Positions 28,605-36,108 of a stretch of DNA of 64,000 nucleotides are shown here, in pieces; within the stretch, counting starts at the first letter, position 1, and the number at the start of each line of letters is the position of its first letter. Both the position numbers and the translations under genes were made by a program. The notes under the pieces were generated by a model. That model was not told where the DNA came from. It saw only the letters and a list, made by a program, of their open reading frames with translations, and did no database searches. The stretch covers positions 6,008 to 70,007 of the forward strand of contig JAOQII010000002.1 of the NCBI GenBank assembly GCA_026134025.1, written 5' to 3'. The DNA comes from Candidatus Syntropharchaeum sp. Lineage in GTDB: Archaea; Halobacteriota; Syntropharchaeia; Syntropharchaeales; Syntropharchaeaceae.

Positions 28605-29749
28605 CGGGTCAATCATACCTTGCATGGGCTAAAGACCCTGAGATCAGAAAACGTGGTGGTTCAGGTGGGTTTGTGACAGCAGCACTTATTGCAGGCATCA
28701 AAGAGGGGATCATCGATGAAGTGCTCCTTGTCAGGCGGATCGATCAGTTCGAGAGTGTACCATACCTGACTCATGATCCTGAGGAGGTTAAATCAGCGAG
28801 CAGTCCACAGCTTGCAGCACCATTAAATCTCTCATCCTACATACCCAGGGGCGTAAAGGTTGCTGTCACGACGAAGCCATGTGATGCAAGGGCGATCATT
28901 GAACGTGCAAAGCGCGGACGTTTCGAGCTTGAGGATGTCTACATGGTTGGACTCAACTGCGGGGGTACGATGCCACCGGTATCAACCGTAGCGTCGGTTC
29001 GTGATATCTTCGGAGTTGATCCTGATACGGTTACAGGTATTGAGATCGAGAGAGGAGAGCTTATCTTCAAGCGAGATAGAGGCGAAGATTTGACCATCTC
29101 AATCGATGAAGCTGAGAAGAAGGGCTATGGTAGGCGTGAGTCGTGTAAGTACTGTAATACCAACATCCCTGAAATGGCAGATCTTGCATGTGGGAACTGG
29201 GGTGTGCCATCTGATCAAAGAGCAACATTTGTCGAGATCCTGAGTGCAAAGGGTGAAGAGCTTTTTGAGGCTGCAAAGAAAACTTCCATGATCGAGTTTG
29301 AGGATGCAACTCAGAAAGAGCTCGAAAAGCGCCTGAAAATAGACAGGCGAATGCGTGAACTTGCGAATCGAAGGTGGGATGAGGTTGCTGGTGTGCTTGA
29401 TGAAATGGATCGCTTAGCCTATTATATCAACGAGTTTAGCCGTTGTATCCATTGTGAAAGCTGTAAGATCGTCTGTCCAGTATGTGTTTGTGAGGCTGAT
29501 GCCAAGTGCCTTGATATGGGACAGGGAAACAATCATTACAGGATCTCACTCTATAATATGATCAGGCTCTTTCATCTGATGGACTCGTGCATCGGTTGTG
29601 GGCAGTGTGAGGACGTATGCCCGGTTGATATACCACTCACCATGATTCACCAGCGATTTGAGAGGCGGATGGAGGAGATGATTGGCTATCGACCTGGTTT
29701 TGATCTTCAAAAGCCACCGCTGCAAAAGCCAGAGGAAGGGGTGAAGTGA
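28601..29749 (+). CDS. FrhB/FdhB-family F420-binding Fe-S protein with C-terminal 2x[4Fe-4S]
   Basis: 'RGGSGGFVTAALIAGIKEGIIDEVLLV' and 'CKYCNTNIPEMADLACGNWG' (FrhB N and C domains). The C-terminus has 'CIHCESCKIVCP' and 'CIGCGQCEDVCP'. This is the FdhB-like architecture. GTGA overlap with mvhD. Confidence 0.75.
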   Translation: MTGQSYLAWAKDPEIRKRGGSGGFVTAALIAGIKEGIIDEVLLVRRIDQFESVPYLTHDPEEVKSASSPQLAAPLNLSSYIPRGVKVAVTTKPCDARAIIERAKRGRFELEDVYMVGLNCGGTMPPVSTVASVRDIFGVDPDTVTGIEIERGELIFKRDRGEDLTISIDEAEKKGYGRRESCKYCNTNIPEMADLACGNWGVPSDQRATFVEILSAKGEELFEAAKKTSMIEFEDATQKELEKRLKIDRRMRELANRRWDEVAGVLDEMDRLAYYINEFSRCIHCESCKIVCPVCVCEADAKCLDMGQGNNHYRISLYNMIRLFHLMDSCIGCGQCEDVCPVDIPLTMIHQRFERRMEEMIGYRPGFDLQKPPLQKPEEGVK

Positions 29750-30738
29750 TGGAGTTTATACCGAGTATCTGTCCTGGGTGCTGTATCAACTGCGGGCTTT
29801 ACATCGTGAGGGATGAAGATGGTGGTATCAGGATTGACTACCGTAAATCATCCTCGGTCAATGAGGGTAAACTATGCAGATTCGGGGTAGAGCTTGGAGA
29901 CCTTTACTCACAGGAGCATCTTAAAGCCACCGTGAATGGTAAAGAGGTTGATTTTAATACCGCAAAAAAAGAAGCTTTGAAGCGGTTGAAGAAAACTGAT
30001 CCCAGATCGACAGGATTTTTAGCAATGGGTAACTCAACGAATGAGGAGATACGGGCGTTCAAGAAACTTGCAGGGGAGCTAGGAATTCGGAATATCGACT
30101 GTGGTCTATCAAAGCAGATTTTGAACGTGCCTGAAGCTGCAAGAAATTATCTCACAGCAGGAGTACCACTCAGAGAGATTGAGCAGGCAGAGAAGATCCT
30201 GCTGATCTCGTTCAACCCGGAAAACTACCCACTTATCATCAGGAGATTGCTTCGCGCAGAGCGGAATGGTGCTGAACTTCTCAAGGTCGGGTCCGGTGAG
30301 CCATATGTGGGAAGGGGTGCGATTATAGTCTCAGAGCTTGCCCCAACGAGTGATCCTGCATCCATCAGGCAAATCATTGAAGAAGCAGATGATACAGCCA
30401 CAATTCTTTTCATGAAGCCGTATGCAAACTTAAATGGTGCAATTAGACTTGGCTTCTATGGGTTTGACCTGATCGAGGCAATAAGAAGCGATGAGATAAA
30501 ATCACTATTTCTGCTTGATCCTCCACCAGGTTATGAAGATATATTCCACGACCTTGAGCTTCTTGTTGTTCAATCAGATCATGAGAGTGAGGTAACAGAG
30601 ATGGCAGATATTACACTTCCTTCACCACGTTTTTTCGAGCGAAGAGGGACGGTCGTGAATGTTGAGGGTGACGTGCTGCCAGTCGGTGGCGATTCGGGAG
30701 CAGGTGTTGAGATTCCCTCAAAGATCATTTTTCCTTAA
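29746..30738 (+). CDS. Truncated molybdopterin-oxidoreductase-like protein (FdhA/FwdB N-terminal part only)
   Basis: The N-terminal Fe4S4 motif is 'CPGCCINCG...NEGKLCRFG', followed by 'LAMGNSTNEEIRAFKKLAGELGIRNIDCG'. It is only 330 aa, against 680 aa or more for FdhA, and ends at a TAA. Confidence 0.65.
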   Translation: MMEFIPSICPGCCINCGLYIVRDEDGGIRIDYRKSSSVNEGKLCRFGVELGDLYSQEHLKATVNGKEVDFNTAKKEALKRLKKTDPRSTGFLAMGNSTNEEIRAFKKLAGELGIRNIDCGLSKQILNVPEAARNYLTAGVPLREIEQAEKILLISFNPENYPLIIRRLLRAERNGAELLKVGSGEPYVGRGAIIVSELAPTSDPASIRQIIEEADDTATILFMKPYANLNGAIRLGFYGFDLIEAIRSDEIKSLFLLDPPPGYEDIFHDLELLVVQSDHESEVTEMADITLPSPRFFERRGTVVNVEGDVLPVGGDSGAGVEIPSKIIFP

Positions 30739-30747
30739 AACCACTAA

Positions 30748-30757
30748 GTATATATAG
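30748..30757 (+). promoter_or_regulatory. TATA-like element (agtatatata) upstream of the McrA-like operon
   Basis: Lies in the 86-nt spacer after the upstream module, about 68 nt before ATG 30825. That ATG has the SD aaaggagg at 30811-30818. Confidence 0.35.
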
Positions 30758-30824
30758 AAGGAGTAGCAATAAGCTTACTCGCAACGATATATGTGAATTA
30801 ATTGTGATCGAAAGGAGGCATTAA

Positions 30825-31949
30825 ATGGAGAAGATAGGAAGACCACATCATGATTTTACAGAGGAATGGGCTTATGAACGTTGGATGTTTGAGACGCACA
30901 TACTTGGAAGACCTGGCGATTCCAAGCGAGAGACGCCGATAAAGCTTACGCAGTCGCTTGATAAGTATCTGCAGACTGAGGTCTCGCAGTGGTGGAGAAT
31001 CGGAATGCTTGAGAGTTCTCAGACGGTCAATCTGTGGACACAGGGTCTCTTAGTAGATCCAGAGAATACCACCGTGACACTGGGTTATCCACCCTGTTAC
31101 TCCGCGGCTGTGCCGCTTGACCCTGCTGCAACGATTGCATTATTTGGTAAATCACTCGATCTCTGCTGGTTGCAATCCGATAACTTCTCAGGGAGGGCAA
31201 ACCCTCATACCGTCTCATATCACTACGAGGATGGTGTGATGACGTACATCGCGATGACCGACCCGGGTGAGGGGCAGGAGCTTGTTGAGCGGAAGCACAT
31301 GAAGGTCGGTAAGGAGGTAAAAGATCTCCCATACAATTATCCCGCGTTTGAGGCCGTGATGCTGATCAGGGATGTGATGATGGATGCAAGGAACGAGGAT
31401 ACCCCGGAGTATGCGATGTCTGCGTACCATCAGGGATGCTGGCAGGCACACCACGGCTACAACGAGTCTTTCCCCTCAAGATCGACGATGGATGCGATCA
31501 TGGGTATGTATCCGTTCTTCAACTGTGAGAAGATGGGGTGGCCCTTCAAGTCAACCTGTGATGAGCTACCAAGGCCCGTGGGGCTTGAGCTTTTAGTTGA
31601 GAACCCACCAGATATCTTCACATGGAGATGGAACGCACTGATTCTGGGTGAGAACTGGTCGAGCAAGTACACGATCTCACCCCACGAGCTGCACCTCGAG
31701 CTGCAGGGTATGGAGACGATTCCATGCACACCAGAAGAGACTGCCCGCAGGATCATCAGATATGGTATGGATAGATACGTCTTCCCTGAGACGTTCAAGC
31801 AGTCGACGTACATCTATGGGGATGAGGCAAGGGTACAGGAGCCAACAGAGTATCCACTCCCTGCCAAGACTGTTGTCTCTCACAAGGATGCAACCGATCT
31901 GATCTATAAAGCGCGAAAAGAACATCCTGAATGGATAATGGAGGTATAA
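30825..31949 (+). CDS. Hypothetical protein, 374 aa, rich in Trp, Tyr and His (occupies the position of mcrB but has no McrB motifs)
   Basis: Strong SD and a long ORF with a 3-nt gap to the next gene. I recognise no family. The McrB signatures (for example SHSIYGGGGPG) are absent. Confidence 0.7.
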   Translation: MEKIGRPHHDFTEEWAYERWMFETHILGRPGDSKRETPIKLTQSLDKYLQTEVSQWWRIGMLESSQTVNLWTQGLLVDPENTTVTLGYPPCYSAAVPLDPAATIALFGKSLDLCWLQSDNFSGRANPHTVSYHYEDGVMTYIAMTDPGEGQELVERKHMKVGKEVKDLPYNYPAFEAVMLIRDVMMDARNEDTPEYAMSAYHQGCWQAHHGYNESFPSRSTMDAIMGMYPFFNCEKMGWPFKSTCDELPRPVGLELLVENPPDIFTWRWNALILGENWSSKYTISPHELHLELQGMETIPCTPEETARRIIRYGMDRYVFPETFKQSTYIYGDEARVQEPTEYPLPAKTVVSHKDATDLIYKARKEHPEWIMEV

Positions 31950-31952
31950 AAG

Positions 31953-32498
31953 ATGCCGATAGATTACAGTGTTTCAAAGAAGATTGTCGAGAATGGCATG
32001 GTGAACGTGGATAAACTCTGCCCTCACTCAGGGTTTGACAACGATATATATAATATACCGGCATGCAAGGCACCGATCGTTAACAAAGAGCTTTTATACT
32101 CGTACGTCCCAGATTGTGGGGTCTTCATGGGTCCAAAGACGACAAAGGCAAAATCACTTGTATATGGTGGAGAAGCAGAACCGCTCTATACGTATACCTG
32201 TGAGAAGGGGCACAAGTTTGTACGATGGTCTGGATGGTGTGATGTTCCCGAGGTTGAGCCTGGAACGAATGACCTGCACATGAGCGCTGAGACACTTGTC
32301 AAAGAGGGTAAGATGTTCGGGAGGCTTGAGAACTTTGAACCAAGGAGTACCCCAGGCTATGTATCAGTGGTCAAGAAGATTGAGGAAGAGGGATACACCC
32401 CAACCCAGGACGAGATGGAACAGTTCGGCATAACCCCAGAGGGAAAGGGACATGGAAATCCAGCCGTGCATGAATTGAAGAAGTGGGGATTGAAGTAG
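31953..32498 (+). CDS. Hypothetical protein, 181 aa, with 5 Cys (occupies the position of mcrG but has no McrG motifs)
   Basis: Starts 3 nt after the previous stop. Cys/His pattern: 'CPHSG', 'PACK', 'PDCG', 'YTCEKGH' and 'GWCDVP'. The McrG signature (RYRG.D.GTLSGRQ) is absent. Confidence 0.65.
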   Translation: MPIDYSVSKKIVENGMVNVDKLCPHSGFDNDIYNIPACKAPIVNKELLYSYVPDCGVFMGPKTTKAKSLVYGGEAEPLYTYTCEKGHKFVRWSGWCDVPEVEPGTNDLHMSAETLVKEGKMFGRLENFEPRSTPGYVSVVKKIEEEGYTPTQDEMEQFGITPEGKGHGNPAVHELKKWGLK

Positions 32499-32528
32499 TT
32501 ATTTAGTTAATTATAAGTATAAAAGAAG

Positions 32529-34412
32529 GTGAATAAATTGGCTAAGAAGAAGAAGGCGACCAAGGGAGGGGTAAGTACTGGGCTTACAGATCTCGAGGAT
32601 AAGTATCGGAACAAGATGTTCCATGAGGTAACCGAGGGGACCGTCATCTCAACAGAGCTTGCATACAGTTACGATCCACTGAAACTGAAAGATGAGTTCA
32701 TGCCAGTAGAGCGTCAGCGGGAGATTTACAAGGCTCTCGATACGCTCTTCAATGGCGAACCGATGGATACTGTCGATGAGGAATCGTATCGGCATGGTGG
32801 TGTCCAGCAGTGTAAATCAAAGCGAGACTGGACTGAGTGGGGTAAGAAAATCTCGGTTGAGCGTGGAATCCCGCAGTACAACCGTGAGATGGGTATCCCG
32901 CTGGGTCAGCGATACTATGAACCTATTCTTGTATCAAATACCGACTATGTCGTGGACTATGATGACTTCTCGATCTACAACAACTGCGCGATCCAGCAGT
33001 TGATGGATGATATGAGAAAGACCGTGATAATCGGGCTTGATGTCCCGCATCGAGTCATCCAGCTCAGGCTCGGTAAGGAGATCTCTCCTGAGTCGATGAA
33101 CCTCTACATGGAGACGATGCAGCACGTGCTCGCAGGCGGTGCGGTTGTCCAGGAACACATGGCAGAGGCACATCCAGGTCTTGTTACTGATGCGTATGCG
33201 AAGATTATCACAGGAAACGCGGATCTTGCAGAGCAGTTCGATAGAAGATGGGTGATGAGTATTGAGAAAGAGTTCCACCCATCAAGGGCTGAACCTCTCC
33301 ACGAAACGATCGGAAACAGGCTCTACAATACGATCAGAACCCATACGCTCAGGCTGAGGATGACAAATGGAGCGGCTGTCATCAGGAGTGCGGCTATCGC
33401 TGTCACGATGTCATTTGTCGCGGCATACAAATTAACAGGCGAGTCGGTCCTATCTGATATCTCATTTGCAACACGGCATGCACAGGCGATTCACATGGGG
33501 CTTCCAACGTGGCTCTCGAGATCGCAGTCGCCGAACGAGCCTGGAGGAATCCCACTGGGGTACTGGGCTGATATGTGCTGTGCTGAGAAGGAGCTGCCGA
33601 ATACACCATGGATGAAGGCTGTTACCATCGAGCGGGACATGCAGCTCGGAAAAGATATGACCCAGGCTGTGCTTGAGTGCTGTGCTATCGCTTCACATAT
33701 GGATTCGGTATGGTATGGCATCTACATGTCAGGTGGACTTGGATTCCCGGCGTTTGCATATCTCTACTGTGGTAACATCCTCGATGACTGGCTCAACCGT
33801 TTCACTGAACTGTGCTACTACAACTTTGAGGGGCATGAGCGTTTCCCGGATTCGTGGGACTGTGCCAAGGGGATGGGTGAGGTTGCAGCCCTCTACCTCA
33901 TGGAGACGTATGAGAAGTACCCAACACTTCAGGAGCTTCACTGGGGCGGTGCGATCAGGTGCTTCATAACCTCAGCGATCGCAGATTCCTTTGCCGCACT
34001 TTTAACAGGTGATGCACTCCAGGGCTCGATGATCCAGAACTACATCGTCTCACTCCTCATGAAGGAGGGGTGGCTCAGGACCGGCTTTGGTGGACAGGAG
34101 GTGCAGGCACACTGTGGGCCCGCGTACGGGACATCGCTCAGGATCGAAGAGGGTGGACTCCCGGAACTTCGAGGGTCGAACTATCCAATGATGTCCTATA
34201 CAGCGACACACACACCAGGCTATATCACAGGGATTTATGCAGCGATGATAGGTCGAGGATCGTCATGGTCCTGCAGTCCCCTTGTGAAGGTTGCGTTTGC
34301 AGATCCTGATTCGTCATTTGACTTCAAGAATGCGCGGCTCTGCATCGCAAAGGGCTGCGCAAACGAGTTTGAACCGCAGGGTGAGCGTGACCTGATAAGG
34401 CCTGCACGATAA
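32529..34412 (+). CDS. mcrA: Divergent methyl-/alkyl-coenzyme M reductase alpha-subunit homologue (orphan McrA-like protein)
   Basis: It aligns by eye with McrA along its whole length. Matching blocks are 'ERGIPQYNREMGIPLGQR', 'RKTVIIGLD..RLGKEISPE', 'GGAVVQEHMAEAHPGLVTDAY', 'SPNEPGGIPLGYWADM', 'YMSGGLGFPAFAY..GNILDDW', 'LPELRGSNYP', 'SPLVKVAFAD' and 'EFEPQGERDLIRPA'. It is 627 aa with an N-terminal extension of about 60 aa. The start is GTG 32529 or TTG 32538. Confidence 0.9.
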   Translation: MNKLAKKKKATKGGVSTGLTDLEDKYRNKMFHEVTEGTVISTELAYSYDPLKLKDEFMPVERQREIYKALDTLFNGEPMDTVDEESYRHGGVQQCKSKRDWTEWGKKISVERGIPQYNREMGIPLGQRYYEPILVSNTDYVVDYDDFSIYNNCAIQQLMDDMRKTVIIGLDVPHRVIQLRLGKEISPESMNLYMETMQHVLAGGAVVQEHMAEAHPGLVTDAYAKIITGNADLAEQFDRRWVMSIEKEFHPSRAEPLHETIGNRLYNTIRTHTLRLRMTNGAAVIRSAAIAVTMSFVAAYKLTGESVLSDISFATRHAQAIHMGLPTWLSRSQSPNEPGGIPLGYWADMCCAEKELPNTPWMKAVTIERDMQLGKDMTQAVLECCAIASHMDSVWYGIYMSGGLGFPAFAYLYCGNILDDWLNRFTELCYYNFEGHERFPDSWDCAKGMGEVAALYLMETYEKYPTLQELHWGGAIRCFITSAIADSFAALLTGDALQGSMIQNYIVSLLMKEGWLRTGFGGQEVQAHCGPAYGTSLRIEEGGLPELRGSNYPMMSYTATHTPGYITGIYAAMIGRGSSWSCSPLVKVAFADPDSSFDFKNARLCIAKGCANEFEPQGERDLIRPAR

Positions 34413-34425
34413 GGAGGTATTAGCG

Positions 34426-35013
34426 ATGGTATACTATGGAGAGGTTGCACCAACTGCATATGAAAACGTACCAGGGCACTTTCTACCAACACCGCCACTG
34501 CCTGACAGGTGGTGGGATGATGTTGACTGGATCATCCTGAAGGATCACGAACCGACAGCGTACGAGATGCTCTTTGACTTCTACATCAACATGATCGTGC
34601 CAAATCCGAAGTGCACGATGGTTTCATCGAGATTTCCGCCAAGGTCAATCCTTATCGAGACGTGGCACCCCGAGCGTGGGCTTGAGGTTAACAGGTTCAT
34701 GATATCCCCTGGTGGGATCAGAGAGGGTGCACCTGAGCCAGGATCAGGTGTTGAGGTCGATACAATCTTCAGGATCGACTACTATGACCTCGCAAATATC
34801 CTGCTCGGCAATAAGCGACCAACCGATCCTGTGGCTGATAACGCAAGGATCAATGAGCTCTATGGTGGTCCGTGTCTCAGGGGAAACCTGACGGCACTCA
34901 TCGATTTCAAGGATATCATCATGCTTGCACATGGTAAGCGATGGAAGACTGAGTGTGATGATGATCTCGGAAAGGAAGTAAGAGCGATGATGTGGCCTGA
35001 TGGCCACCCCTAA
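34426..35013 (+). CDS. Hypothetical protein, 195 aa, with a possible SCP2-like (lipid/alkyl-binding) C-terminal half
   Basis: Starts 13 nt after the mcrA-like stop, with SD aaggaggt. 'FRIDYYDLANILLGNKRPTDPV...LRGNLTALIDFKDI' resembles the SCP2 pattern 'D..D...l..GK.nP..af..GklkikGnm.la.kl'. The assignment is tentative. Confidence 0.55.
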   Translation: MVYYGEVAPTAYENVPGHFLPTPPLPDRWWDDVDWIILKDHEPTAYEMLFDFYINMIVPNPKCTMVSSRFPPRSILIETWHPERGLEVNRFMISPGGIREGAPEPGSGVEVDTIFRIDYYDLANILLGNKRPTDPVADNARINELYGGPCLRGNLTALIDFKDIIMLAHGKRWKTECDDDLGKEVRAMMWPDGHP

Positions 35014-35043
35014 TTTTTTTTCTTTTTTAATCAAAATATTTTT

Positions 35044-36108
35044 TTGATGAAACTCTGTGCACCCCTGCCCGGGCATCTTGACGCAACAAAGAAGATTCTA
35101 AAAGAAGAAGCTTCCAATCTCCATGAAGTCTTCATGGCTGGGTCTTCAGATTATATCCCAACAGGCAGGCAGGCTCTTGGAGAATCCTTCAGTGAGACGA
35201 TAGAAGAGACAACGAGGCTTGTACATGAAGATAACCTTCGCATGGACGTTGTGATGAACGCCTCGTGCATGGGAGGAAGACACCTCACGGATGAGGGTTT
35301 GCACCGTTACATGAGCTACCTTGAGATACTCGCACGTGCGGGTGTTGATGCTGTGACGCTTGCAGATCCCTACCTCATCGAGGTTGCATCCAGAAACTTC
35401 TCGTTTGATGTCATCGTCTCATGTATCTCCTTTGTGGATTCTCCAGAGAAGGCTATCTTCTATGAAGAGCTTGGTGCGGATGGTATAACAGTTGATACGA
35501 GTATAAACAGAGATTTCCACGTGCTTGAGGCGATTAGAGATGCTGTATCCTGTGATATCAGGGTTCTTGTCAATGAAGGGTGTCTCTATAAATGTCCTTT
35601 CAGGTACTTTGACTTCAACGTCGTATCGCATACCTCAGGTCCTCCGCCAGTACCAAAGATCTCATTCAACTACTACCAGCGCAAATGCAGATCTTTGAGG
35701 GTTAAGAAGCCGTGGCTTCTGATGAAGGCAAACTGGGTAAGGCCAGAAGACCTGAAGGCATACGAAGAGATCGGGATCGATACCTTCAAGATAAGCGGGA
35801 GAAATCAACCTGTAAACTGGGTGATCGAGACCATCAAGACCTATAAAAGCAGGGACTTTTCCGGAAATCTCATCGATCTTCTCGATTATTCAAGGAGTAT
35901 GAAGCATCTCTTCTACATCCCAAATAAGAAACTCGATGGGGCGATAGATAGATGGAAGTCATGTGACAGGAACTGTCATCGATGTGGGTTCTGCAAAGAT
36001 CTGACAGCGCAGATCATGAAGGTATATCTTGAGAGGGGGACGGATCGAGAAATGCTTGTAAGTCTAACTGAGTTGAATGAAGGAGTTCCTGATGAATACC
36101 CTGAATAA
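35044..36108 (+). CDS. Peptidase-U32-family protein (the family that includes UbiU/UbiV, RlhA and TrhP)
   Basis: TIM-barrel-like layout: 'ILARAGVDAVTLADPYLIEVA', 'EELGADGITVDTSINRDF' and 'IRVLVNEGCLYKCPFRY', which resembles the U32 'EvFvhGalC...G.C' motif. There is also a C-terminal Cys cluster 'CDRNCHRCGFC'. Confidence 0.6.
   Translation: MMKLCAPLPGHLDATKKILKEEASNLHEVFMAGSSDYIPTGRQALGESFSETIEETTRLVHEDNLRMDVVMNASCMGGRHLTDEGLHRYMSYLEILARAGVDAVTLADPYLIEVASRNFSFDVIVSCISFVDSPEKAIFYEELGADGITVDTSINRDFHVLEAIRDAVSCDIRVLVNEGCLYKCPFRYFDFNVVSHTSGPPPVPKISFNYYQRKCRSLRVKKPWLLMKANWVRPEDLKAYEEIGIDTFKISGRNQPVNWVIETIKTYKSRDFSGNLIDLLDYSRSMKHLFYIPNKKLDGAIDRWKSCDRNCHRCGFCKDLTAQIMKVYLERGTDREMLVSLTELNEGVPDEYPE

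Noticed and set aside
29746-30824. Possibility that the short FdhA-like gene is a selenocysteine or stop read-through, or a pseudogene fragment of a full-length formate dehydrogenase
   Set aside because: The ORF ends at TAA, not TGA. It is followed by an AT-rich promoter-like spacer, and no downstream frame continues molybdopterin-oxidoreductase homology. I treat it as a genuinely short protein, though a decayed gene cannot be excluded without comparison to relatives.
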